Part shown: positions 21,738-34,862 of the stretch, piece after piece
How positions within the stretch are numbered: the stretch's first letter is position 1
Layout of the letters: every line of letters starts with the position of its first letter
NCBI GenBank assembly: GCA_010405405.1
Contig: MU004231.1
Coordinates: 62,001-126,000, forward strand
Direction of reading: 5' to 3'
Length of the DNA: 64,000 nucleotides
Source of the DNA: Microthyrium microscopicum
Taxonomy: Eukaryota
Notes under the pieces: model-generated
The model's database searches: none
The model's input: only the letters and a program-made list of their open reading frames with translations
Told to the model about the DNA's origin: nothing
Program-made: the position numbers and the translations under genes

Positions 21738-24700
21738 ATGACGCCCCCGCCTGCCTCCTCGTCCGCTGCGACAATGGCACCCAAGGCACCCCTCGAAACT
21801 AACGGCCATGGCGGAAACTTGACCACACCCAACGTCGACCACCTACGCGTGACGCGCGATAATCGGAGTCTGTCTGCTACAAGTGCCACGCCTGCTGGGT
21901 CTCTCTACCCACCCTCTGGGTCCGTCTATCCTCCGCGCATGCAGAGTCTCGCCGCTACAACGAGCATGTTCGCTGGCTCCTTCAGCTCCGCCATGACGTT
22001 ACGGCCCGGCGAAGCGCTATCACGGCCTGAGTTGCCTGCTCACTCATCGTATGCAGAGGAGGATATGCGTGCCCAGTCAGAGAAGAGGCAGGCGGAGCTA
22101 AGGGAAGAGATTGATAAGGAGACGAAGATTCTGATTGGGTCGGAGAAGATGCTTGAGGCTCTGAATGCGAAAGGTGTCAAGGGCGGCAAGGAGCAAAAGC
22201 GTAGAGTCGAGGATGCGCTTAATACGGCAAATCGGAAGCTTCTGGACCTGAGATTGGGACTGGATGCTGAGATACAAAGGAGTAAGGAAATCTATGGCTC
22301 GGCTGATGCTGGAATATCGAGCGCAATGCGGAGTCACTTTGCTCGCCCTTTGAGTCGTCAGGGTTATGCCGTTGAGCCAGTTCATGTGGAGGAAGAGATG
22401 GAAAGTCCAACGTTGGTTCTCTCGGAGCTCCTGGAAGCCTTGGAAACTGGCGGGATGAAACCCGAGTACTATGTGGAGAACATGAACCAGCTTGTTGAGT
22501 TGTTCAAACGTCATCCTCAGCTGAGATATGATCTTGCCTGGTCGATATTTGGACTGCGAATGCAAGCAATGCTACTTAGTGATAGTCGCGAGGTTGTTGC
22601 TGCGGGTTACCGAGTTCTTCGATACTCAATAACTGATCGCCAGTCACTTCAGGTTATACAAGATCTGAACACGGATTACAACGTTATATTATCTCTCGTC
22701 AAGGATTCGAAAGCAAGCGTCGAACGAGAACAGGCATTGAAGTTTGTGAGGGCTTTTTTGGACGTCAAGGGTGGAGTGCGAGAGCTCTCGCCAAAAGTAG
22801 TCCGAATAGTCGTGGCAGTAGCTGGACATAGCGATGATCGGCTTCGAAACATCGCGATCCTCACTTTAGCTGAACTTCTTGTACGAGCTCCAGAACTACT
22901 GGTAAAATCCGGTGGCCTGGGAACTCTAACAGAAGCTCTTGCTCAGGGAAGCTATCGAGCAGCACAAAGTTTGACAGGCGCATTCATATACCTCCTAGAT
23001 ACCCCAGCGCGACGCAAATATCTCAGATCTGGACACGAACTAGATATACCTCTCTCCACGTTTGGAGCTTCGCCTCTAGCCGAAGCGCCAGACGAGAAAG
23101 CACATGAATCACAACTCCGAGCCAGCGCCAAAGTCATCACCAGTCTCCTCCGAAGTTGGCCTGGCCTCATCACATTCTCCATCAACGATTTTTCTGCTAC
23201 AAAGTCTCTGGTGGCATCTCTATATATTCCAATGATCTCAGTTCGAACCGTCCTCCTCGAACTATTCACAGATATTCTCCGAATTAAACCTCCATCATGG
23301 TCCTCATCATTTTTGGCGGGCCGTCGGTTAACAACATATGCGCGTGTTACCAATCTCAAGGCGCAAAACAACTTGTCAGATGAGCCCGGAGTCGATGACT
23401 CTGAGAACCAGCGCAATCTAGTTGACCATTTTACAGCTGTTGTTCTTGGTGTATTACTTCACTCTGGATTGCTTACTGCTCTTCTTCATGCTGAAGAAGA
23501 GCCATTAACTCTACCATTGAAGCGGAAAACTTCTTTACTGCTAGGCGAGGTCCTCAAGATGGCGAACGAGTTATTGCCAACCGAATGGGCGGCTAGTTTG
23601 CAGGTCCTCCCACATCTTCTTAAATCTGGTCTTGAATTTGGCACAGAAGAGCGTTTTGTATCACTGGGCACGCTATATCAAATCGACAGCGTAAACAGAA
23701 CACTATACAGGTCCGAGCCTTCCCTGGCACATCCCAATCGGGCAAATAGTGTAAACGAAGCACTCTCACATCGAAAGTCAGAACAGACAAAGGCGGCTCA
23801 GAACATGCAGATGGACGAAGCACAATTTCGAACCATGATGCTAGACTCTGGGGTACTAAACACAGTCACCTTCACCAAATGGAGATGGGACATAATACAG
23901 AACATTATTGATGGACCACTGCGGAATCCGAAGCGCTTGGATGAAGCTATACGGTCGACCAAGTTTCTGCATAGATTGCTTGGCTTCTATAGACCGTTTA
24001 AATGGCGATTTTCGGATGTCAAGAACACCAAGCCGAATCAGAGATATGTGCGCATTGGATGCGCTTTGATGCAAACTTTGGTGCAGAACCCCGAAGGTGT
24101 GAAGCATTTGCTGGAAAGCAAATTGATTCGACAGCTTGCAGAGTGTCTTTCTCACTTTGATCGGTTGAGTGGTTTGACTTCTGAGCAACCACTGTTTTCT
24201 GCTTCGAGGCTGGCTGAGACGTTGGTTGGTGGATACTTTGCACTTCTTGGAGCGTTGAGTAGTAAGCCTAGTGGTCTTTTGATTCTGGAACGGTGGAATA
24301 TTTTCAATATGTTCTATCATATTGTAGAGCTGCGTGATCGAGATGATCTAGTCAAGGCGCTTCTTAGCGGCATGGATTATACTCTGGACAGTCATCTCAG
24401 GATCATCCTGTCCAAGGCAATGACATCTGGTTCCAAGGACGTTCGGATATTTGCAACTCGACTGCTACGAAAGTATGCGACTCTCCCTCTGACCGAAGAA
24501 AGTGTGCGAACTGTAGAATGGGCGATTCGCCTCTTGGCCACCCAACTATTCGACCCTGAAATTGAGGTCTGCGAAATCGCCATTAAGATCTTAGAGGAAG
24601 CCTGCCGACAAAAGCATTCACTCGAATATATTGTGAAATGCCGACCTGCTTTGGACCATTTGGGCGAAATTGGAGCTCCATTACTTCTTCGCTTCCTTTC

Positions 24701-25885
24701 CACCTCTGTTGGGTACCAATACCTCGACGAACTAGACTACATCACCCGTGAAATGGACGACTGGTTCCTTGGACGGAATGATACCTATGTCGCCGTTATC
24801 GAAGCTTCGCTTGCCCATGCTTTAGCATCTGATCAGAAAACAGAAAAACCAACCCAACAATATCCTCTCTACAATGCTTATGACGATTCACAGCAAGCAG
24901 AACCAGAATATGGCGTCGTACCTCCCCATTTCTATCGCGAACTGACCAGAACAGCAGAAGGTTGCAAACTACTGGCATCAACTGGCCACTTTGACCAATT
25001 CGCCACTACCCTTGCTGACTGGGGAATGGAAGACGACGACAGTGAAACCATCCTCAAAGTTAAAGGCTGTCTCTGGGCCGTCGCCAACGTCGGCAGCATG
25101 GAACTTGGCGCACCCTTCCTCGAGCAATCTGACGTGGTTCGCTACATTGTGCGTATCGCAGAAGAATCCGAAGTCATGACCCTCCGCGGCACTGCCTTCT
25201 TTGCACTCGGCCTAATCTCGCGCTCACTGCACGGCCAAGAAATTCTCGCCGAGTTTGGCTGGGACAGCACGACAAATATGCGCGGCGAAAGCCTAGGCTT
25301 TTGTATGCCTCTAGAGTTCTCCCGCCTCTTCAAAATAAAGTCCTGGCGCTCACCCGCCGTCGACCCAGACGGTGTACGTGGTCCCACCGACAGGACCGTT
25401 CTCAGCGAACATCCGAATCCCACGATCGCACGCGTGCTGAAATGCGTCGCCATGCTTGGTAACACAGTGCTGTCAAAGCGCGCCGCCGGCGAACTCAACA
25501 CGTAAGATCACTCTTCTCCTTTCCTAACCTTCACTGACAAGTATTCCACAGTATCAAAGCACGCAAACCAGCACTATTCCAAAGTCCCTCCCTCTTCCTC
25601 AAAGTCCTCGCCGTCCTCGAATCACACCACTACCACCACCAAATGTGGTATTTCTGCATGAATCTTTTCGGTAAATCCGTCATCCGGCACGTTATCCTAG
25701 ACGAAGATGATAGCGATGTAGAAGATGACGATGACCCGGCTTTATATGAGCATGCGTTGCGTGCGCGTGGCGTTAGGGCGAACACGATGAGTAGTAATGG
25801 ACGGAGTACGGCTGCGAGTTTTCGGACGGCTGATACGGTTAGTGAGGAGGATGAGGATGAGTCGGATGATGATGCGTTCGACTAG
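21738..25885 (+). CDS. AVO3: TORC2 subunit Rictor/Avo3 (Tsc11, S. pombe Ste20)
   Basis: 1255-aa ORF with N-terminal HR1-like segment, EREQALKFVRAF, KFLHRLLGFYRPF, VPPHFYRELTRTAEGC and LRGTAFFALGLIS. Intron 25502-25550 joins it to the ORF ending 25885. Confidence 0.93.
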
Positions 25886-26272
25886 ACAGCTTGTATTGCA
25901 GATCGGGTTGAATCAACTGGTATAGCTGCTTGGGCATTATGGTCTGTTTAGCGTGGTCTGGCATATATGATACTCTTGGGTTTAAGGCGTTGATGGGTGC
26001 TTGGATTAGCGGTCTATGTATGATCATTTGTGCAGTATGGGCTTTGAAGAGCAGATATGCTTGTGCATTTTCCTCAATGTTAAGCGTTCTCATGAGTATT
26101 AAAGCACCACATGGACTATTTCGTATTTCGTGATCACAACCAGGTTGGTGATTGATCAGTTATTATGGACTCGGATCAATTTTCCAAGCCAATCTCTGTT
26201 ATTTCATGGGAATGGTTGTCACGTAAGCAAAATTGACTCATGAATATATCCTTCTATTGGGTATTTGACCAA

Positions 26273-27501
26273 CTACTTGAACAACTTGTTCAAACTCATC
26301 GACTTATCATCATGCTTGTTCAAAATCTTCGCCGTCGCAAGCTCAAAGTCCTCCTGCGTAACATGCACTCTGCGCTCTCGCAGCGCGTACATGCCCGCCT
26401 CCGTACACACACCCTTGAGCTCGGCACCACTGCAGCCATTCATCTTCTCCGCAATCTTGTTGAGCTGGATGCCACGCGTCAAGTTCATCTTGCGCGAATG
26501 GATGCGCAGAATATCTGCTCGTGCCTCCACTGATGGTGGCGGAAACTCAATCTTGCGGTCAATTCGGCCGGGACGTAGGAGCGCGGGATCGAGAATGTCG
26601 AGACGGTTGGTCGCCATGATGATCTTGATGTTCTTGGTGGGCTCGAAGCCGTCGAGCTGATTGAGAAGTTCCAACATGGTGCGTTGAACTTCCGAGTCAC
26701 CGCCCGAGGAACCTTCAACTCGCGAGGAGCCGATGGAGTCGATTTCGTCCATGAAGATGATGGAGGGGGCGTGTTCGCGGGCCATGACGAAGAGTTCGCG
26801 AACCATTCTGGAGCCTTCACCAATGTATTTTTGCACGAGTTCGGAGCCGGATACGCGAATGAACTGGCATTCGGTGTGATGGGCGACGGCTCTGGCGAGG
26901 AGGGTTTTGCCTGTTCCTGGGGGTCCGTAAAGGAGGACGCCTTTTGGTTGGGCTATGCCGAGAGATTCGAAGAGTTCGGGATGTTTGAGACCTAGTTCGA
27001 TGACTTCTTTGATTTCTTTGATTTGTTGATCCAGACCACCAATCATGTCGTATGTGCTGTCTGGAACCTTTTCTACCATCATGAGAGATACCAGCGGGTC
27101 GACGGATGAAGGAAGCATCTTTTCTAGCTTATAAGAGTCGCTTAGGAGGGTTACACGCTTTCCGACTGTGAGCTTGCCGATATCGACGGCATCCGCAACG
27201 TCAACGACTGAGAGTAGGTTAGCAGGCTGATTGTGCTAGTTCTCCATGAGTGGGAGTAAAGCTTACCATATTTGCCTTCCGGGTGAACCTTCACCAACAC
27301 CTTCTTGGTACTCATCACCTTGACCACTTCTCCGACATATGAGCCAGGCTGTTGTAATAGTCCCAATTCTTCTCTGAGTAAACGGACGCGGGAATTATAG
27401 TCGTTTCGCTGAGCTTCCAGCCGACGTAGCTTGGCCTGTCCTTGTATTATTTCGAGCTTCATGCTCTCATTCTTGTTGTGGAAGAAGGTATCGAGCGCCA
27501 T
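26273..27501 (-). CDS. RPT6: 26S proteasome AAA ATPase subunit Rpt6
   Basis: [22 protein letters not shown], Walker A GPPGTGKT, Walker B IIFMDEID; intron 27266-27208. Confidence 0.97.
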
Positions 27502-27919
27502 GATGACGGAGCGCCGGAGGAAGAGATGGAATGGGCTTGGTGATATGGAGACTTTATGTAGGGCGAGGATGAAAGAATCAGATGTCAGAAAGTGAGATAA
27601 AGACACAAATGAGAAGGTGCTGGAGCTGTTCTTGTTGTCGTATGTGAAGGGGCGGCTGTAAGAGGTCAACGCGGCTGCGCAAGCGTGGCAGGCCTTCGGA
27701 ACTTGGCGTTGAGCTGAACAAGCTCTCGGCATGCCGAAGAATCCAACCTCTTCGCTCTTTTGATCCAGATATTATTCACCATCTCAACGAACTGAGTTGA
27801 TAACGTCCAAAACCTTTTCGCGCATTCAAATGCCTGAGAATTACCAGTCACTCACCGCTTACCAAATTTTTGCTTTTGCTTCTTGAAAGCCATAGATTAT
27901 GGCCGACAAAACACCCCCT

Positions 27920-27958
27920 TTGGTGTCAGCAATAGTGGTGTCCTATTGCTGACACCAA
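27920..27958. repeat. Perfect 16-bp inverted repeat with 7-nt loop
   Basis: TTGGTGTCAGCAATAG-TGGTGTC-CTATTGCTGACACCAA. Confidence 0.9.
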
Positions 27959-28635
27959 CGTCTGGCAAAATTGAAATTTCACGGCATGGGAACATATCTA
28001 GTTCTCTGATCAACGCGGATATGCTAACAAGCCTGTTGACTACGAGATGCTTGACTTGGCACTGTGCTCGATACGATTCCGGAACACGAACGCCCTCTAT
28101 GGCTGTTAAAGCACGCAATAACAAAGCGTGAGGAATAGTAGCCATTGTAGTAAATGGGAATACGCCTTTCAATTCGCCTTGAAGTTCAACACGCATGGGA
28201 AGAGTTGTAAACAGAGCCTCATAGCGCCTCTGAGTCACGGAAAGGATGCGTTTCCCAGATCAAGGGGAGAGCTTCATCAGGGAAGAGAAACCAGTCGCTG
28301 TTTCATACCAAGATCTACGCTACGCCTGGAACATGGGAGTCACTTCACAAATTTCAAGACCATGAAGACTCGGAAGCAAGATATGTGTGCAAACAAGGTT
28401 TATATTACTAGCTACTCTGATGGTGACTCTACAGGCAAGGATTGATTTTCCACCAATTTCCCGGCTCAAATTACGATTCAACTATTCATCCACGTTAAAC
28501 GTCTCCGATCTTCCCCAAATTACGTCTTTCTTGCCACTATTAGATTTGAGAAGGTTGAGAGTCATGCATGGAGTGTAAAGCGCACTCTAGCTCATATCTC
28601 GAATGCCCCATTACCGCCACCTTTCTCAACCAAGT

Positions 28636-29433
28636 TTAGACGACCGCAATGAGAGCTACGAGACCAGCCAACCCAGCAATAGCTGGCCCATTTCGGGAAC
28701 CCGCGTTTGTGGTCTGCTGAGCTGGAGGCGTGTAAGTCACACTGGAGGTAGGAGTAGTAGTGGGTGGGAAAGATCCAGGGGGTGGAGTGAAAGACCCAGT
28801 AGGAGGAGATGGTGGTGGTGTGGTTGTTGTTGGAGGTGGAGGTGGAACATATGTCCCTGTTGGAGGCGGAGGAGGGACATATGTATCCGTTGGTGGAGGA
28901 GGCTTTGTGTGGCTGGGCTTAGTATGGCTTGAGTATGGAGGTGGTGGGCCCCATGTTGTTGACCAAGTCGAGGACGAAGATTGTGGAGGTGGAGGTGGAG
29001 GTGGCCCCCAAGAGCTCGAGCTACTAGAACAAGGAGGAGAGGTTGGTGGTGGTGGTGGCTATACTTATGTGAGCGAAACTTCAAAAGATATCGACCGATG
29101 GTTTGCTTGCGACCGCTTTGAAGGATATAAAAGACTTACAGGCTTCCAAGTAGAAGACGATGAGGACTCGCAAGACGTGCTCGAGGTAGAGCTTGGTGGT
29201 GGTGGCTTGGTATGCGAATAGGAAGAGGAAGTAGGCGGTGGGACCCATGTGCTCCATGTTGAAGAAGAAGGAGTGGAAGACGGAGGAGGAGGAGGAGGAC
29301 CCCACGATGACGATGAAGGAACCGGTTTGGATGATGAAGAGGGCGGTGGTCCCCAAGTAGAACTCCAAGTTCCCCATTCGCCACCAGCCGCAGCCACGCC
29401 AACGAAGGACACAAAAGCAGATTGATACCTCAT
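28636..29433 (-). CDS. Pro/Ser/Thr-rich (extensin-like) putative GPI-anchored cell-wall protein
   Basis: Signal MRYQSAFVSFVGVAAA, repeated (S/T)WGPPPP, intron from 29139 to about 29059, C-terminus QQTTNAGSRNGPAIAGLAGLVALIAVV* typical of a GPI signal. Confidence 0.85.
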
Positions 29434-32378
29434 TTTCACGTTTGTAGCTACTTCCAAGTGTCAACGACAGTGAGAACTCGAAGAAAGAATTTTGGTTAAC
29501 TTTGAAATGAAGTAGCGAAAGACCAGTGAGTATGTTATCGGGTGAGGTCAAGGAAACGGCGCAAGTTCTTTCTTATACTGCCAAATATTGTCACGATTCA
29601 CAACCTAGACACAGCATGATGCCAGGGCCCTGGGCATACATTGTATCTCGATAGCTTTTGATGAGAGGGGAGTGTAGCATCAACAATCAACTCCAGTGCC
29701 TCCTATGGCCAAGACAAAGCATCGTACCATTGATGCCATGAGTAGAGATCCAATTCACCTCCGGAAAGCCTAAGCGAATGGTTCATGGAGCTGCTAGCCG
29801 TGGAGACGGTGAAGCATTTCAGCAAATCAAAAGAGGCTCCAAATGCTCATTCTTGTCATGTACAGCACTAACTAGAGAAGGTAGCTTGATACGGTAGCTA
29901 GGGTAAATCACCCGAGGCTGAACCCTACCAAGGCAAAGTAGTTCTAACCTAAGAAGAGCTGGTGGATGCATCGTGGTCAAAATGGCTAGGCAATTCAATA
30001 GTCCTGGTTGAAGTGTTTGCATGTTTCCTCGTATTGCATGGTCCTGATCAGTTGCAACTTATGAGAGCGAGACAGGCGGGCCGTGAAGATCACTGAATAG
30101 GACGACAGAGACCGCCAGTCTCCCAAGCTACTACTTCCTTCTGTTCAACCAGGCATTCTCTGACCATCCATGAGATGCAACCGTAGATCAAAACTCTCCT
30201 TGTGTGGTGCGACTTTCAAGCGTAAAAGGAAATGAAGGTAGATGTCATTGAGGTTGGACAGCAGATGCGGGAAAACAACCGCCATGGTTCGAACATCTGC
30301 AGCCTCTTCATCTCATAGCAACGGGCAAAGCAATCTGCATAGCTCACCCAGGCTTCTGCAGAAAGCTTGTTCCAGCCTCAGGCTTTGTTGTGGTTCGCCA
30401 TACTCTTCGTTGAGCGGCGATGCCAACCACTGCCCAAATATAGAATTTCAGGCCCATTCACTGGGGCACTGACGAGGTGTGCCAAAAGATCTACGGAGGA
30501 TTTAATGATCGTCAACATCATCACAATAGCAACGCTCCATGAATCATAGCATATGCCTGAATATACCGTAAACCAGCTCGACAATTGCTAATTCCCTCAA
30601 TACGGGGCACAAGAGTCAAAAGCTGACAACCAAAATATGAGACCCCGGTTTTTGGAACAAGTGACCCAATAGTGCAGTCGTATCATTTGAACCATGTATG
30701 AAGAACTGACAGGGCTCGCAAGCAATGTGCTATCACTGGCCGTAATCATGAGGAAGACAGACTGGCTTCCTTCCTTGCCATTACAAGTAGCAACTGAAGG
30801 ATCTCTTCTTCAGATCTCCTACAAGGGTCCCCAGAAATGATTAGCCGAGACGGTTGAATATCAATCAACATTCCCCAGCCTTCCATTAGAATTGAAAACG
30901 ACTAAGATCTAGCACAATAACAAAATTACAAGTCAGACTGAGAGATTCCGTATCGTACAGCCAAATCAGATACTCTCCAGATTCCAGAACCGACTGCATG
31001 TAAACTTCAACCTATTATCAAATGTCCTGACCTGAAAGCTCATGCAACACGAATATGATGTCCCCCATGGTAATACTGGTAAGTCACAGAAGCAACTAAT
31101 GGTATGCTGGACTGTGGCCTTCCTTCGGAATGTCTCTCTCAACCGGTTGTAACCGGCAGATGAAGGACGATTCCTGTCCGTCCTTTCAAGACACCACTAG
31201 GTGACCAGCACCCTTGAACATTGCAGCGATTATCATGTCAAACATGCTAATGGGAATCGGAAGTAAGTCCGGGCAAAGCGCCAGCTTTGTGCCTCCTCAA
31301 CTAAAACCCCGCGAGTGAATTATCATCGAGATACCAGGTCACAATGCTTTTACCCAACTATTCGGCTCCACGTAGTACTCCTTGCCAGGCCGCTGCGATG
31401 CCTCTCGTACTCCTACCAGCTTGTGGTTGCCATGAGACCAGATAAGCTCTTCTCTCAACTACCTTGGACAGCGTAACCATAGCACAACGTCATCTTACAT
31501 ATCGTGGCATGGGAATCCAAATCTGATTACCAGTGTAATTTGTTCAGTCGCCGGCTTGATTGCATATAAGAGCATGTGACCATCAACCATCGTCGACTTC
31601 CTGTTGTAAACGAATATCTCACTAAGTAGCATCCCTTATTCAATCTTCAACATCGAAATGAGGCGCAAAAGCTTCATGAAACACAGCTTTTGCTTCTAGA
31701 TGTTATATCGTGACGCAGAGGTGGACTCCACTTCCTGTACCATGCTCTAGAACATTCCGCTGTTATGGTGTAACTTAAAACTTATGCATCATACTTGCAG
31801 GAAGTGATGGACTTGTGCCAGATATCAATACTGTCTCGCCATTACGGTCCATATCTCCACCAATACGAGCATCTAGGTTAACCGTTACCATAGAAGTGTT
31901 TTCCAGTCATCCATGAGCTAGCGTGGACTTTGAAGTTTCCAATGTTTTTCTTTAATCCTGAGTGACCATAGCAAGCTCGTGGTATCTGGCAGTCAGCAGA
32001 AAAGACTTAGATCACCACTCTTGCCTATCAAAGGTCATAGGAAGGCGTCTATTGTAGTTGGGTATCACAAGTAACTACCTACGTATTTAGAATCTTCACG
32101 TTATATCTGTTGAAAGTGGCCAGGCTCCATTTCGACAACTCTGTTCTCAACCAACGTTGACAAAGGACTCTAAATGCTTGTTCGCAGGCCGAACCAGAAA
32201 CATGAAGCTTCAGGAGTAAACTTCAAGATGATCAATTTGCAAATATCCAGGTATCGTAAAATCAGTGCGATCTTTGCTTGATTGTGACGTTATGTTATTA
32301 AGTGCATGATATTATGTGACACTGCCTGCAAGGCTGAAACTGAATACAGCATCATACGCTCCGATATACCAGCTGTAC

Positions 32379-34137
32379 TCAATCTTCATCACTACCACTC
32401 TCATCTGCACTGTCCCATCCCTCAATATACTCGTCCGCCCAAGTTCTTAACGTACTACTGACATCTTCACGCTCATCTAGCTGCAGTAATCTCCGAGACT
32501 GATCTGCCATGTTCCGCATCCATGCAGACACTGCAGCCGTAGAAGATAACGATGCCTTCAGCGCGATACTAGTATTGTCACCCGAGCTTCCTTGAACAGC
32601 TTGGAAAATTCGAGGGTAGCTACTTAGAGTAGCTGGGAAACCCAAAGAATTGGAAAGTTGCAGAACGGTAGCTTCATATGGATTTTGTGACCGGGCAGCT
32701 GGTCTGGGTGTATCGTGTGACTGGCCACGTTGTACTACCAGACGCGAGAATAGGTGTGATCGTGAGGGTCTGGTTGATGCTGCTGATTGTGGTGGGAAGA
32801 GAGAGATTTCTGTTTGATCGGTATCGTTGGATATGTTGACTGCCTGAGTTGTCGATAGTCGCTCATCAGTGTCATGGGAGACTCCATTGGCAACTACTCC
32901 ATTCCTATGTGGTTCCTCGGACTGGGTGGAAATCCCAGTTTGTACCGTCTTTCTATTGGAAGATACTGCCGTGAAGAGCTGCTCGAGATCGGCCAGGGTA
33001 GCATGTCCAGGCTCACTACGTCTTAGGCGAGATGGAAGTGATAATGTCTCGATGACCGCTTGTTGCAAGGCAGAGGTTTCCCAAGCAGAAGATGCATCTG
33101 TAACAACTGAAGTCTGGTTGGAAGGAGCTGAAGAAACTAGAGGTGCATAGATCGAAGCTTGGCCACCAAGTGTGTGAAGTGAGCGTATAGAGTTCCCAAG
33201 TCGCTGATATCGTCTTTCCTATGTTTTGTCAGTCTCATTCCTGCACTGAGCTTGGCCCATCTTACTCCAGTATTATCCGCCGGGCTGAGAGGGTCATGTA
33301 ATCCCCAAACCAGAATGACTCCCTTTCCCAGTTCATCTCGCAATCTCTCTGCATATCTACTTGCGAACCCTCCCCAAGCAGTCTCCACACCTGCCATTAA
33401 CATCACACCTTGCATTTGATCGCATTCTTCTGCAAAATATCTGAAATCTCGATCTAAGACATCATTTTCCTTGTCATCAGCTTCAAACAGTTCTACACCA
33501 GCGGACCATGAATGGATCGGAGAGAGTGACGCAGTGATTGAATCGATGTGAAGTTGCTGCAAAGAACGAGGATGGTAGAAGACCCTATTATAGTCTGACC
33601 AAAATCGGATATCTGAAGAAGTCAATGGAGGTGGTGTTGTGTTCGAGTCCAAGTGATGTTGATATGGATGTTGAGGAATTCTGGGTTGCCGGATTAAAGA
33701 TGGATTTCCGCTGTTGATGGTCAGCGCCAATAAACATTTATAATAGAGCATGTGCCATACCCAATACTATGGAGTGGATCATGACCCTCCCCTTGCATTT
33801 CATATAGTGCATTTCGCTGTCGTAAAGTCCCGAACGACTCTTTAGCATCATATATCAGAGTGCGAGGAGTGAAGGTATCTGAGCCATAGGCGCCGATGCC
33901 AGACTTTGATATCGGTTAGATATGATTTTCATGGCATTTTTTGCGGGTCCAAATACCCTAAAGTGAATATCATGGTCAACTATAGATGGCTGCTCATTGC
34001 CATACGTGAAGTACGATTCCTAATCTGGTCAGTCCTGTGCTGCCTGATCGCTCTTGAACTCCCACCTGAGCGTTCCAGAAATGTGTTCCAACATAATTGC
34101 TCTGGGTTCCGATTTGTATTGTAATAATTTCATGCAT
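32379..34137 (-). CDS. DML1: Misato/Dml1 tubulin-like protein (multi-exon)
   Basis: [75 protein letters not shown]. Confidence 0.93.
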
Positions 34138-34460
34138 TTTGACCCGAGTTGAAAGGAAGAAAGCAAGTTGCAGGTTCAAAAGGTTCATCGGGTATTTGCC
34201 CGCAATGACCTAATAGGGCCTAGCTTGACACCTATAAGGCTGAAAGTCAACAACTTCTCCGTCATCAGGTCTCTTAATGGCACCACTTGACAATTGATAT
34301 TTTCTAGATTGAGACAGGTTCAAAGGGTAGAGATGACAAGGTAAAATGCAGGTATAACTTCAATTGGATTACTAACGACAACCTTAGGATATTAATATTC
34401 ACGATAGCTATATCATCCCTCCAGAACCATAACAGCCGTCAAATGTGCGAGTTTGATTGG

Positions 34461-34862
34461 TTAGCTACAGCCATTGGTAACAAGTGGAACCTCCTGACAG
34501 CCCTGGGCACCAAGCTCCCAGTGATCGCAAAGCGTATTGCACGGCACGCCAGGCTTGACAAAGACTCTTCCTTCCTGTCCGGGCCAAACCAGGCGCATTT
34601 GAACAGAACCATCAGATGGTGGATAGACAGCCGGGTCAGCCTTGTAGCCAGCACGACATGCACAATAGTCAGGAGCTGTCGTTCCACCAGAGTGAATTGC
34701 ACCAGTGCTGGTGCAGGATGTGGTGATGTCGCATTTGTTCTGCTCCGGGAAGGGGAAGCATTGTGCGATTGGGCAAGTAGCTCGTTCGACGAAGCTGCTG
34801 AATGGAGTGGCTGTTGCCAAGGTGAGGGTTGAGAGGATGCTGAGGATTTGAAAGGATCTCAT
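34461..34862 (-). CDS. Small secreted cysteine-rich protein (133 aa, 10 Cys)
   Basis: MRSFQILSILSTLTLATA signal; CDITTSC, YCACRAGY, RVFVKPGVPCNTLC; TATA-like TATATAAA on the minus strand about 120 bp upstream. Confidence 0.85.
   Translation of the reverse strand: MRSFQILSILSTLTLATATPFSSFVERATCPIAQCFPFPEQNKCDITTSCTSTGAIHSGGTTAPDYCACRAGYKADPAVYPPSDGSVQMRLVWPGQEGRVFVKPGVPCNTLCDHWELGAQGCQEVPLVTNGCS

Noticed and set aside
27617..27630. GGAGCT as a proteasome (Rpn4-type) element upstream of RPT6
   Set aside because: A single 6-mer is too low in information to call.
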